Positions 15,001 through 30,000 of a stretch of 64,000 nucleotides of DNA are shown here, piece after piece. The notes under the pieces are model-generated. The model did no database searches, had not been told where the DNA came from, and saw only the letters and a program-made list of their open reading frames with translations. The stretch's first letter is position 1, and every line of letters starts with the position of its first letter. Origin of the DNA: Bugula neritina. Lineage: Eukaryota > Animalia > Bryozoa. Location: assembly GCA_964035545.1 (NCBI GenBank), contig OZ037767.1:24196628-24260627 (forward strand), in the 5' to 3' direction. The translations under genes and the position numbers were made by a program.

Positions 15001-18000
15001 ACGCTTTTTCAATTTATACAATCTTCTTTTAGCTTGGCAATGACTTATTTACTAACAAATTTACACCTGTCTGCCACAATTAGTTAAGGAGTTGTTTCCC
15101 TTTCATGGCTGACAAACATTGTAATATGTTACAAAACTTACAAATTTGACAATCATCTGTCGAATGTAAGCGCTTTCCACGCTGTTGGCAGACATGTTGG
15201 CTACGTCAGACTGAAGAGTTCCGAAGTCCCAGACCAGGGGCAGAAGACTTTGGGGCAAAGGCTGTACTCTGTACACCAGATGCCTCATAGGGATATGTCC
15301 TGCAGGTAATATAATGCAAGTAATTCTACAGCATATATTCAAGATAGGGCGGTGCTGAAACCTCAATGGCTGGTGTAACTCTTTATAAATAAATATAAAA
15401 ATCTATAATTTCCAGTAGGCGGCAGTTTAAAAAACTATAAGTCTGGCTCCAGGTCTAGCGAATAAGTATAGCCTTAATTCTAAGGTTATGAAGATCCTGC
15501 TTTTACAAATTACAGCAGCTACACAAGAATATTCAAATGGCAGAGCATATTTGTATCAAATCTTGTTTGTCATCTTTCTAAATCTAGGGGCACTCTATAA
15601 TGAAGCAACATTAAATATTTGATTCTCTCATATATAGATATTCATCAATCAGTTTTAAATTACTTTTGTATCCTAAAAGTATATGCTCAAACATGGCTAG
15701 CTTCCCTGCAGCCTGTCACAGAGCTGGCCTATCTAATTCATAACTAAAACATGAACATAATTTTACCAAATCTGTCCTTTGTGTCTTCTTCTTTAACATT
15801 ATATCCCAAGCCTGCTTCCTTCAGCTTGATAATCATGGCGTCTGTGTGTCTAAAGTTATTAAGCAATGTTCAATCACAAACTGCACTTTTGGTTCCTATA
15901 GTGCATGGTAGGGTGACAACTCCACATGCATTCTACTTGCGGAATAGAATGACTGTACAGTACAGGATACAGTATTTGATTGGTTAAAAATAATATCATG
16001 AACTATTAGAAATATATTTAAAATTCTTCAGCTTACTAGGATGCGAGTGTTACACATAAATTTTGCTTTGTCTGATCATCGTTATAAACAAAAATTGCAT
16101 TATCACATTAGACTAAAATTGTATAAAACAGTAATACATCTTTTTCATTAACAAATAAGTTTGAGTACCTTCTGTAAGGGTTGCAGGCTGCAATGATTTT
16201 CAGTTTGGCATCACAAGAGAGAGGTTTGCCATTTATTCTGTTGTCGCAGATTATTTCCTTGACCAACCCAACAGCTTCTGTTGTGTTGACTTCATCCAGG
16301 AACAAAATAGTATAAACTTCGGGAATCTAAAATTGGAGAGCTTGTACACATGACAAATAAGATACAAAAAAAAAGAAATTGTATGTATAACATGCGTACA
16401 GTTCATTTTACACAGCAAGCAAGAAGCTGAGGTAAACTGCAATAAAGTCAATTACAATTTAAAGATTTATATTTGCACTTCTAACTTTGACTAAAATGCT
16501 CTTAAAAAATTATTTGACAGAGCAAGTGTAGTGAAATTAGTGTGAGTTTGCTTAACTATCTTAGCTATATTGAGAATCTACAAAGAAACACTTTCTACAG
16601 CATAGCCATTGCTAACTAAAAGACATCTGGCACTCGGCAATAATTAGTGCTAGTGGACTAGTTGTAATTTTAAGAGAGCAAAAATAATCTTGACTGTAGT
16701 AAACTAGGCTTTGATAGCTAAGCAAACTCACACTAATTTCACTACAGCAAGCTTCTACAGGGTGAGCATTGGTCAAAATTTTCATATACATATATAACTA
16801 GTATTCTAAACAAGTGTTATGCTAGTCAACTCCAAAATCTTTATAGCTTTATAATATAAAACCATTGAAATTATAGAACTAATAATATATAATAAATAGC
16901 TGATAATAAAATTGCAAAAGCAAAACATAGTGTTAAATGACTGAAAAAATTTAAATAATCTATACCTCGAAAATTTGTTATAACAGTATTTCTGTTTATA
17001 ATAATACTCATAAACAGAGATCAATTTTATTGAAATCCAAACTAATAAATTATGCTTATAGTAACAAAAAGTGTGTGCCACAAAACTCACCTGGGAAGAA
17101 TCGAACTGAGATGCATATTTAGAAATTATTTGCTGATTCTTTTTGGCCGCAAACTGAGCTTTCCGAATGCCACCTTCTATGTCTGCCTCCGTGGTGCCAC
17201 CATGAACCTAGCAAGGTTATGAAAGGAAATACACAATACAATCATACATGCCCTTGTATGAATTGATAACTTCTCTTTAGTGCATACTACAGCATCATCT
17301 TGACTGCTGACGAGACAAAACTCAATGATACAAATACTTAGTCCCACATCAACTACTTGCTAGCTAATCAATCAAAAAGTTTGACTTTGTAATGACTGCA
17401 AAATTGTAGAAAGGTTTGTAGCACACTATTCTAATAAACATCAAAGATTACTTTCAGCTCTACAGAATACCAGGATGACATGAAAGCCAGCACACAAAGT
17501 TCCTTGCTGTCTATACAAAGAGTTCAACTTCCAATAAACCGAGCGCAAAAACCCTCAAGCAAACACAAAATTTATTGTGACCCAGGACAGATTCTCTTAC
17601 AATTGTTACAAGTATATGGTCACACATGCACACACAACTATACACACAACGTCTAGAGCAACGAAGTTAGGTGCAGTAGCAGCAAAATTTCAATAGCCTA
17701 AGTTTTTTAATTTTCATTATGAATATTAGGTTGGAGTGCGGGTCAATATTTTCATGAGAACATAACTCTATTACTACAGCTACAGCATGTTCTTTTATGG
17801 AGAAGGAATGAAAACAATGCCGATACCTTGACGATGATCATAGTCTGTAGCTGATCTTTTAGAGCTGTTGGTATTTGCAAAAGAGACATAAAATTGATAA
17901 GTTTTGTTTTTCCACAGCCAGTTTCTCCCATTACTATCACCGGAATTCCAACCCTTCAATCAATTATACAAGGGGTCAGGAAAGGATGTTAACAAACTAT

Positions 18001-21000
18001 TTCACAGCTACCGGAGAATCTTACGTCAAATGCAGCATTGTATATGTTATGGATATGGAAATCATGCATACATAAAACATTTAATTCATCTATAGTCAAG
18101 CCTCCTATATAAAAAACTTTATAATAATATAAATCACACATTACACTGCTATGTAGTATGGGATTACCTATATACCTGTATGCACCCATAAATATGATGA
18201 TTGCAACAAACTAGTTAGAGTAAACAATCAACAGCCACAGCCCAATTGTCCGAAAGACATGTAAATACATATATCAAACCTCAAAGACGTGTTTTGCAAA
18301 CCTCTCAATACATCAATCTTGATATTACACAACCAGGTGTACCTGAGGCGTTGGTGAATGGCAATAATCTTCTTAGCATTGTCCATCGTCAAGACATAGT
18401 TAGGATCTGGATCATAGTCCTCTTCTGTAAACATGGGGATTGCCTTTGAGCCTTGGGTGTAGGTTACTTCTTTCACCATAATGCTTCTCAATTTCTGCAG
18501 TTGTTTTCTCCTGCAAAATTATTTTACAAATTATCAAACTTTATTTAGATTCAAATGTCAAAACAAATAATTCCATGCATTAAAACTATACACCAAAAGG
18601 AGCAAAAATGTGTTCTCTCTTTTGCACTATTTCAATAGAAGGTATTTAAATAATTACCAATAATCACCGAGTGGGAAAAAAATTATTTGTAAGCTAAATT
18701 CATCGCCAATATCATGGATGTTATAAATAATTTTATTTCAATCGATCTAACAATAATTACCTCTCCATAGTGTTGAAGTCTTCAGATATTGGCAAGTGAT
18801 TACGAATTAGGGCGTCATAAAGAGGGCGTGGAATGTTGTAGTCGGGGAAAGGTTGCTGGGTCTTTTTGTTGATCAGCACATACTCTTTACCCCCTGGAGA
18901 TATGCATGAAATTTACTTACTAAGCCCAATGTTATTGTGTAGGAAAAGTACTTTTAATCACTTTACTATACAAATTGACTCGAAATGTCATTTTATGAGA
19001 AAAGCTATAATAATATAATATTAAAACATGACTTAAATTTAACATAGGTCCATTTTGAATGAAACAAATATGAAAATTTATACTAATGAAGTTTATAAAA
19101 CAATATTGAAATTTTTAGCCAAATGGAAATTTAAATAGAATGACCCAATTGTGAAACAAGTCATGGCCAAATGCAGTGTTGTAAATATCATACTAGAATC
19201 TTACTAGATTCAGCATGGAAGCCAAGAGTTGTGAAGGATTCCCCATCCTCATTGAAGAACAAGTAAGGATAGTTAGACTTCTCCCATGTTTTCTTCATTG
19301 ACAAGTTAGAAAACACTTTGTCTGCATTGCCATAGGATACCTGATGGACCAATCACATGATTTCAAAGACATTATTGCATACCCAGGGCACTTGTTGCTA
19401 TTATGAACATGCTTATTAATGCATGGGCTTATAACAACATTGTTTACGTATATAGAGTCTATCTTTTAACAAAGTTACACATAAAATACATTAATGGAGC
19501 AAGAAATTTTAATGAAGCAAGTCACAACCATAATATCTACATCTACTTGTCAAAATAAAATAGATGCCATTTAAATTTTTATTTGAACTTTCAGTATTTA
19601 AATTATTGTTAGCATAAACGTTGACCAAAATTACCCAACAAATAAATGGAGGCAAATACCAATTGCTATATGACTATATGACTCTGTGGTTGACTAAACA
19701 CTAATTCTACTGGTTCAATCAATTGTGATCTCTGGAGTCATGCTGCTAACTGAAGGAGTTGTAGGCTTTTACTTACTTAAGTATGTTATAAAATCATCAC
19801 AGCGAATAAAAAATAACTACAAGATGTACTATAAAAGTCACATGGAAGTGAAAGACATTAATTCACACACCGCACAAGGACGTTCCTTACCTGATTCAAA
19901 TCCTTGCCAGGAGTTTCTTCGGCTATCTTTAAAGATCTCGTAGCAAAGTCCTACGGAAAGACAGGAAGACCTATGTTTATGTCCAAGGTTTCCCCACATT
20001 ACAAGGAGAACACACTAAACACTTGCACATAACTATGCATCATAGTTCTATATATTAAAAACTTTAGTATTAGGTTTTTAGTATGACTTTAACTCAAGCA
20101 AACCCATAAATGACAAAAACTTCATAGACCATAAAATAAACTTGTCTTGGTTATTTACAAAAGCTCGTAGCGTTTTTACCTTAGCCATTGTAAGCATAAA
20201 CTTCACCACAAAACTTTTAAAACCAGGCAGCTCTTGAGCCAACAACGGTCCACAAAAAGGAGACGCCAGAACTTTAGTAAGTTGGCTGCTCAGAAAGTGG
20301 ACGTAGTGTCTCAGCTCACTCCATGTTGGATCTTCCAAACCGCAGTTTCTGCAAAATAATTCCGCGTGTATCATATAGCATACATAGATATCATTAATGG
20401 AATGTTTAAGCTTAACTGTGTACATGCATGTAGATATAAAAAAACTCATGGAGGTTTATAGTCACTATCCCCGTGAGAAACCCCTGATGGAAGGGGTTTT
20501 TGTTGAAGCAGGCTAATTAATTAAATTAATTAATTAAAATTCCTGCATAGTTATAGTTTTTAGCCTTAATTGTCTCATTTTAAAATTGAATCATGCCGGC
20601 ATTGTTATATTTTGGCTGCCAGATGTGATACCCTAAATGGAAGGTTCATTGAAACATCTGTGTGCAGACGATTCTAAATGCCAATCTTACTTGATAAGCA
20701 GTTTCAGAGCTTTGCACGCATCTTCTATAGGCTCATCTCTAAGGTTAAACTGGCTGCTGTTACTCTCCAGACAGACGAGATGTTTCAGAACCAGCTGCCA
20801 TCTTTCATCATGGAGGGTGGCAGAGTCGAAGCCAACAAAAGATTCTAAAAGCAAAACTTTACAAAGTTGAAAAAATACATTGTCAGAGTAATAGTTGAAA
20901 ATATGAAATCATCAGACTGTTATACTACACAATGAAAGCTTACGCTGTGGAGCACAGTTTTTATACTGCTGAAAAGTTTCTAACGGAGTCAAGCAGTGCA

Positions 21001-24000
21001 TTGTGGGTAGGAGGTCCAACACTGTGTGAACATTTTCATTGTTCTAAAATAAACCATTATTCATAAAAAAGCTTGCATATAAAAAGTAAATATATCTCTG
21101 TGAAGAGAGAAATGTTGCTTTAGTAACAGCACACACAGCGTATGTTAGAAGTAGCAGTACAACAACTACCACATGACATGCTATGTGAAAGCTTTACCAG
21201 AAAACTTGGAATAAAAAATCATCTTTCAATAAGGAAATGGTTTTACAAAAAAATTAATATGCTATAAAGCCTTTTTTTAAAAAAATAGATTTAAATACAT
21301 ATGAACAAGTGTAAACTATCATATCAGATTGAATGGAAAGTGTTAAAATGTTGGCAAGAGTTAAGTTCTCGTATGAGAAAAAACTAGCTTTTTATGTAAC
21401 ATTGTAAGAATTCCATGCTTGCCACACTAGTTTAAATAAGCTCAATGTAAATAGAAAAAAATTAAGCGCTGTGTAAACTTAATGCTAAAATTCTCCATGA
21501 ATTAAACTACTTTATTTGAACATTGCAAAAGCTCTTTGTAGAAAAACCATAATTCACCTCTGAAGTGAAGGGCATACATTCAATAATGTAGTACTGGCCC
21601 CTCTTTATATGCCATACAAAACCCTCAGAGTTTACAAGACTTCCTAGAATAACCAGGTTGAACAGCACTTCATCAACACCAGCCTCTACCTACAGAAACA
21701 ATGCATCAAATACCAAATATAACACCATAGTTGATTTGACTACATACACTGTATACTGCACACCATAGCTTGACTAAGCTTAGTATAAAAACTGCATATA
21801 AATATTTTTTATTAATTTTAGCTTAGCAAATATGTATAGCTTTTTCTGAAGATCCACACATAAAATAAAACAGTACCTCATGAGCAATGTCTAGATGAAT
21901 GGTATCGCAACTCTCATCGTCCACGCAATACCCAAACTCTCCGAACAGCTGGCACATTATTTCATCCGTTTCTATTTGCCTGTGTGCAGAGATAGTGATA
22001 TCTTTACCGGGAACCTTTTCTTGCTGCCTCAGCATTTGACACAGATTCCCTCTCTGTAGTGATTTACCTACACCAGCTCGGGTAGAGCGCAGTACTCTAG
22101 CAAATGACCTGTAAAAGCATACGTATGATTTCAGCTCATTATTGTTAGCAGTTTAGTATTTAGCTATGCAAGGCCAGCTTCAGTATCTGAACTATGATAC
22201 TGCATGGTCACACACACGCACACAAACTAATACTTAAATGTTTTATGTAAAGGCAGGTCAGGATTTAAAATATCACGAGCTAGGGCAGCAGCTATAACGA
22301 AGGTAAAAATGTTATCAGTATTGTACCTCTAAAACCAGCATTCATAATTATAGTGCAATAGTCAATACCTTAATTATACTTGTAAAAACAGTATTCCTAA
22401 TTACCTGTCAGGATCAACAGAGGATGCTGATTCGATACAGCCGTCAACTTTCAGAAGTGCCGAGACATAAGCCCTCAGGCTTGCTTCATCCACAATCATT
22501 GGATTCTTGACCAGATGCTTGTCCAGGTAAACTTTAATACGACAATTCTTTGCTCTCTCATCATAGATGAATGCTAAGCCAAAGGAATCGATGGTGTGAT
22601 CAGCAAGGTTGTTGAGTCTGTTCTCAATAACTTGAGTGACTTTATACGTCAGCAGGTGACAATTAACCATGCAGTAAAACGACATGGGGTCATTTAGTGC
22701 TCTGTTGAGGAACAAGGACACCTGCAGTACAATTTCAAGACTTTCACACACTTTTATATACACTGCACAGTAATAGCTGCTAGCTAAACTAATATGAACG
22801 TTCCTAAAACTTCACTTTTTAAATAATCCCTGTTGTAACATAATATAATACAAACCTCATCTTTTCTTGTTTTGGTATTGCATATCAAAACCTCGTTTCT
22901 TGTAGGCTTTTCAAATTCCTGGTCTGCCTCATATATGCTTAACACCAGCTTATAGGTGTTGGCTAGAACAAAACATGCATTCTTATAAATTTATTGCATT
23001 GAAACAGTTAACTTAATAAAAGATGCAGTTATAAAAAGCAGTCAAAGTATAAAACTTCTATTGCACAGTCAACACAAACAGTAAAATCCTCTTCATCAAT
23101 TAGACAAAAACCCAATAATGTATGTAAAATAAATCTGCTTTCAAAAATGTTAACAACTTAACCTAAAGCAATAAATAATGCTCACTCATTTCAACTGGGT
23201 GAAAAATAATTATATTGTTGCAAATGTTTTCCCAAATTTATGTTTTGAAATCAACAGCTGAACCAGGCACTAATAAAACATAGAATGTTATTTTGTCAAC
23301 TATTATAATAAATCAATCCAATTTTTTATCTATTGTAAATACTTAGCCTATATGTAAATAAAACTTACCCTGACCAGTAGCTATAAGCAGAGGCTTTCCT
23401 CTAGTCAACCAGGAAGGTAAAACTCGGCAACATTGAGGTCTACTTTTGAGCTCTATAACGAGGACATCAAATTGTGCGGAAGTCAATTATCTAGCAGCAC
23501 TTTTAACTATTTTACTTCACGTTACATTGGAAACATATTAGTTATCTTAAGTTTCATTCAACACTATGATCCGACTGAAAGTCAAATATAATGTTTTAAA
23601 GTTAGTGCAAATTTTACAGTACCAAAATATGATGCATTGGATATTCTCATGTACTGAAATAGAAAATTTTTTGTAAGACTTTATGGTTAGTAACAGACCA
23701 ATGAGTTGGTGAAGCACATGTCCCAGATCTGATACACTCAACACATCACGAATGCTCTGGCTTGTTTTAGTGGCAAAACCAGTCCAGATTAGTTCCAGCT
23801 GATCTTGAAGCTGTGAGGATTCTCTAACAAAACATTTGGAATTATTTTCTTTTTGCAAATATATATTCATTGGCAGAATATAGCTGAGTGCAAGTACAAT
23901 ATAAACTACCAAAGTAACTATAAAATTGATATGTTTAATGATGGTATAAAAATAGAATGCTTGCTTAGTCTAAAAGTAGCTTAGAGGCAGCACTCAGTCA

Positions 24001-27000
24001 GCAACAAACTTTAGTATATGGTGAAGACTAATACTTATATACTGGTCAACAACTTTAAAAGATATGATGATCATCACTGGCAAACCTCCAAGTGAACTAT
24101 ACGTTTGTATAACTAATCATACTAGTCCAGCGTGTTAGCATATGTTGCATATAATTAGAGAAATAAAGAAAATTGATAGTATTTTCCACAAAATTTCCAA
24201 AATAATAGTTAAGCTTAAAAAGACATTGATTTGTAAGGTCTGCATACAAATTTCAGTTAACCTTGTCTTCTCAAGCAAACCTGTCGAAATATAATGACCA
24301 GACACAATTTATACACCCTTTGTACAACTACAGTAATTAAAAGTTTTGATTGTAGCCAAGCCATTTGCGTTTGTAGTATATTTATGACAATGTTAGAAAA
24401 TTTTCTTAAAATACTTTTTCTTATTAGATACAAAAAAATCTAAAAGATTGTGGCAACATCAACAGTAGCGCCTTACGCTCCCTGAGATTGCTTCATTAGG
24501 TCAGAAATTATTTGATCAGATGTTCCTAGTGCCTCCGTTTGACTTTCAAGCTCTTCTTGCTGCTTCTGTAACCATTTTCTAACCAGGTCTGTAACAAATA
24601 GTAACAATGGCAAATATTCAAACTACATCTAACTTTTAGAAAAACCGCCACAACAAAAGTCAATGCATCATGTTATAAAAATATTATGATAACGATTTAT
24701 CCTCATACATGGAAACTTGAGAAAAAATGATTCAACAATTGCTGCTCTGTAAAGTTACAATTATAGTGATATACTGATTGAGCACTTGTGACTAGATTAT
24801 TATACATTGATATGCAACTGCAGTAGATTCTTTGGTGTACACGCACCTATATCTTCTGCGTCATCACCAATAGCATTGACTATCTTCACAGCCTCTTCCT
24901 TGGTGAGGCTGGGGATTTCTTCTCTGATGTAATCAACAGTCTCCTGCATTTGATGATAAGAAGTAAAATTTTCTTCCTGAGGAGTTTGACTGACATTTGC
25001 TGGTTTCAGATGCTGTTTGATAATCTCGAGCAGATGTTCAGCTGTTACCTTGTGAATCATTGACAACAAGGGCGGGGCCTGCAAGAGATAACGCACACAG
25101 AGTGAGTGAACATAAGGCTCTCTGTAAGATTTTAGAATGAGCTACTTATAGCTTTAAAAAACTAGTGCTGGATTTAAGTCTTGTTGAAATGCATGAACTC
25201 AAATAAACTTGCTAAAATTACTGACTTGACTTGCTCAACCAATTGACTAGGTTTGATTTGAGAATTTGGCATACCATACTTTACATCACAAATAAAATAA
25301 TTAGGAATGAAGAGAGCCTTTCCTATAACTGGTTTAGCGGTGTAGAAGATAGAAACTTATTTTATACTGCTTGCAGTTAAGCATATGCTTAAACACCTTA
25401 AACCACACTGACAGCATATTGTGATATATTGCAGGTGATATTTCGTTAGCAACTTACAATACTTTTAGGCAATAAATCCAAACCAATATTGTTCTGGCAT
25501 ATATGTATATATAAGCGCAAGCAGCCCTACCTTTTGAAGAGTTGCAGAATCTTTACTGTCTGTAAATACCCCCAACTCTTTTCTTAGTATCACAAGTTGC
25601 GCTGTAGTGAAGTAGTTTAGCTCTGGATGCTCCCTAAAGTAATCATAATTTTAAAATAATACAATTTTTATTAGGTTTCAGCTAATTTTGACCAAATAGA
25701 AATCGGAACTAGATTTGACAAAAACTTATTCAAAAAACGGGTAGGTGTTCGAGATGGGTACAAAGTTGCAAAGAGGTTTTCATTTATCTGCTACAAAATT
25801 ATTAAATACTATATTAGTTGTTTATAAAAAATCTGCAGTTCAAAAAGCAAACTATTTTAATTATTAGGTGTTATTTAAAAATCGTTACTTCCACTGACCC
25901 TTTCTAAAGCATTTTGAAATGATTTGCACGTATATCTAAAATATTCTGAGCAGTAAGTGTTGTACCTGCGTTCACTTTCCATAATAGCCTTCCACTTTTG
26001 AAAGCAGTCAGAAAGAAAATTGTAAATATTTTGGCAGTGCTTTAAAGCGCTTTTCTCAAATGTTCGACCATATAAGGGGGTCTCTGAGGCTTGCAGTGTG
26101 ATTTCTACAGCTACTCTGTGCTCAGGATTACAGTGTATGATAACAAACATGTCATCAAACAGAATACAGCCGGCTCTTTTTATCTCCAGATATGCAACTC
26201 CCAGATTCTCCACAGCATCTCTCATCTAAAAAAGCACACAGATGTGAATCTCTTGCATAAAACTTTTACAGGAATTCGAACCTGAGACCTCAGACTTGCA
26301 AGCAGGCACATTAACCATTACACCACAGAGACTACTACTGGGTAAACTCAATACTACATCTTGCAAACTATCAATTTTCACCCTTGAAATATTTATGCAA
26401 CTAATAGTTTTACAGTATTAGCAAGCAGATATAGCTCACTTACTTCTTCAAAGGCAGTGATGGTTTCTATGTGCTCCCTCTGCTTCTCTCCTGCTACCAG
26501 AGCGAGTCGACTTTGTAGGTCTTTCAGTTCACTGTAACGGTAGTGTTTAGACTCTTTACTTTCATCACATGTCAGCAGAATCACGTCTTCTAATGTCTGC
26601 AATTTTAAAACCACTGAAAATATGAATCACAGGTTAATAACAGTGTTTCATAAATCTCACACTACAACTTTAGAGTTTATTCTAAATTAAACTTTTGTGA
26701 ATTGTGAACAGACCTTAAATTCATTAGTAAAACCGTCAACTTTTCCTATGCGGTAAAGGCCTCGAGAGTTGATGACAGTCGCTTGAGCAATGGCAGATTT
26801 CTCAGTGTTTCCGTAGTTACTGTTTACCGTCTTAAAAAGTTCAGCTTGACCAGCAGAGCATCTCTGTTTTAAATTTAATCGTTTAATGTAATATTCAAAG
26901 CCAAGAATAACTAAAAACAATTTTAAAGACAACGAAGGTCCTTGACTTATAGAGCTAATATAAGGCAATGCATATTATGCATAACATAATGTTACAATAA

Positions 27001-30000
27001 TTATGCAATTTTTTAACAAAAGTGAAAAATAGTTTGTAATCTGTATATAGTAACAGAGTAATACTTTACTTCGTACTTTAGGTGATTGTTTACCAGGAAA
27101 ATATGCATCATTTGATTTCAGTAATGTCAGTATTTTTAGAGTCTACATTTTATATACACAAGAGAAGATAGTAAATGACGATATATAAATGCAATGGTGA
27201 GTGCAAAGCTGTGAGTCAGTGTCTGATTATTCTCATTTAAAGGAAAAGGTGTGACAATACTCACCATGTTTTCAGCTAAGTCAGGATTTGCTTCCAAGTT
27301 CTTCCAAACTTTCTGGCAAAGTTCTAGAAAACTCTTCAAGTCTTTTGTCACACTCTCATCAAAGTCATACAACAATGGCGAATAGCCTGTGAGCGTGTTG
27401 TGAATGTATCTAGTTTTATGGGTAGCCATGGAATCTTCCCCAATGCTGTTGCTAACCAAATCCACAAAGACCGATATTTCGTCTTCTAAAATACAAAAAT
27501 ATTACCTTATAAAATATTCAATATCCGTAGACTGCTAAGTTTATGATAGAGCTAAAATCTGACTAGTCTACTGCAGACAACAGAAGAAATTATTTAAGAA
27601 AACATACATGCAATCTTCTCACAACCACAATATTTAGTTTCTAGTTGACAGAGGCATATTTTTGCTTTTTTCAACAGCTGTGGCTAGCAATCAGACATGT
27701 GCAGTAAAGCGAAGATTTATATTAGCCTTTTTAAAATTGCTCTTTTGGACCCCTTGAAATAGCACCTTTAACCTAAAAACCATAGATAGATAACTATGTT
27801 ACTAAAGAGATACATTTTGTGCACTTATCTTACTTTTTACTTCCTGTTTTATCCAATTCACAAACTCAGAAGACTCGGCAAAAGCTTGGAGACAGTCAAG
27901 TTTTGGACCTGCTATGCTACGGATAACGTCTGCACTGTCCACAAGATCTCTACTGATTTTGTTCAGCTCCAACACCTCTTCATTCTAAAAATAATGCTTT
28001 CAATTCTGTAGAATACACATTAAATTTATTGCTTATCTGGCAATATTCAAACTGCATGGAGCTAATTTAAAAAAAGTCAACATACACAGATTCTTTGTAT
28101 GCTACCTTCAAATGTGTTGCAGCAAAAAAATTCTCACCCAAATAATGACAATCCAACGTATGTACACTACACCACTATATTTGCTACCTCTAAAGTCCTA
28201 ACCTCTCAAACAACTTTTTCTGGATTTACTAGAGTGGATCAAAAAAACTTGGCCACTACATACTCATAGATAGATTTTTATACACACGTAGGAGGTTGAG
28301 TTAATCATGTCAAAAATTTTTTAAAAAAACTAAAGTACTTATTCTATTAATACTTATCCATTACTACACATAAATAGTTGTTTGCCCTTGCCAGCAATGT
28401 ATCCTGTGTGACAGGTAACTTCTGCAACAACTATAATTCACAGGAAGCAGAATTCTACTTCGTATGGCAAGACTTTTAAATTCACAAACTAATGAATGAA
28501 GTTCTGTGCTGTGTGTAGGAATTAACACCTAATTTTAGTTTACTTTTACAATACATGTTCTTTAAAAAGAGGATTGTCTTACCAATTGAACCAGCTCCTC
28601 AATTTCAGTGAATCCATTTTCTAGGTTGAACATTTCTTTCAGGGTAAGAAGGGCTTGGGCCCCTTGGAAGTACTGCTTCATTTCCATACAGATATTTATC
28701 TGCTCCAGTCTCCGAGTCTGCATGTCTTTACTGATCATGTCGCGCAGCTGACGCAACATTTCTTCCGTATCTCCATCAAAATACTTGGTGTTTACAATCC
28801 TCAGCACACTTACTTTCATACTTCCTGTCAATATAACATCTAGTGCAGGTATATACTGTTTAAATCTATCCGGGGTGGAAGTCACAAATATCAACATATC
28901 ATTGTGTTCCAATGCTTTAACATTTGGAAGTAATGGTAGCTTTCCTTTTATCTATGTGCATAATGAGCATATAAATATGTCAAATTTCTTATTTTGCAGA
29001 TATACAGTAGTTCGACAATCAGAATTACACCTGTTCAAGATGCCACACCCTGATTCACTTACCATCTTCAATCTGCGTTACCAACTGTTTGTATTGCTCT
29101 ATCGCCATCTGACATCTTGATGCCAATTCTTCCCAGCCATCATTTCCTTCCAAGCCCAGCTGCATCATCTTCCTAAAGATCGTCTTACCCTGGTAGACAT
29201 CATAAATTGGAAGGAGATCTTTGACCGTGTCAGGGATGACTGGACATATCACAGCCTGTGTCAAACTATCAATTGTTTCATTGAAAGTTATTGTGTCTAA
29301 AGACCGATTTATCCACTCATCTACACACTCGGAATCTGTAAGAACAAAATGAAATAGTGATTAAAATTCAAATCTGAGCATTATTTTATTGTGAATCCAA
29401 TAATTTAAATACAATTATGCATACAGAGTTAGCGATAGTTGGATTTCTAAGGAAACATTATTTGTCTGATTTTTAGAACTCTTTAGCTAAAATGAGTGTT
29501 ATCTAAATCTCAAGGCCAAACAAGTGTTTCTCGACAACAGAAAAATCTAAAATTTTACAGTATTTAGTTAAAAAATTCAGATTGTATGTAATACAGTTTA
29601 AACCCAATCATTATTTTATTGTATTCACCAGATAATATTATATTATTTGAATTATTATAATACTTTTGTTAAAATTTATTGCACCTGTTTTATATTACTC
29701 ACTTAGGCAAAACTGTATCACCTATTTAACTTTGAATATTCTTCTATAAATAACATAATCAAATTAATGTAACTCTTTCTCTGACATAGGCTAAGGATTT
29801 AAAACATCATCATTATCATCATCATAGTTAACACCTAAAAGTGAACACCTAAATTATTTAGCCGATGTTTAGAATTCCTTGGCTAAAATGTGAACTATCT
29901 AGAACTTGATAATACAAAAAAGTGATGGTTTAAAAACATGTTTTTAAATAATTAACAATATATGATATAATCAAATAATGTAAATCTTTCTCCGACATAT

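Noticed and set aside
20474-20540. Hairpin (aaacccct...aggggttt) and TAAT palindrome
   Set aside because: Short and intronic, with no TSD or second copy seen; not supportable as an element or terminator.
24262-24280. Possible 19-nt RNF213 micro-exon (acag|GTTTG...AAG|gttaac)
   Set aside because: In the phase set by the upstream exon it reads into a TGA stop, and the flanking exons join in frame without it.
26268-26333. Functional tRNA gene
   Set aside because: A and B boxes are present, but the acceptor and anticodon stems do not pair; better explained as a SINE head or pseudogene.
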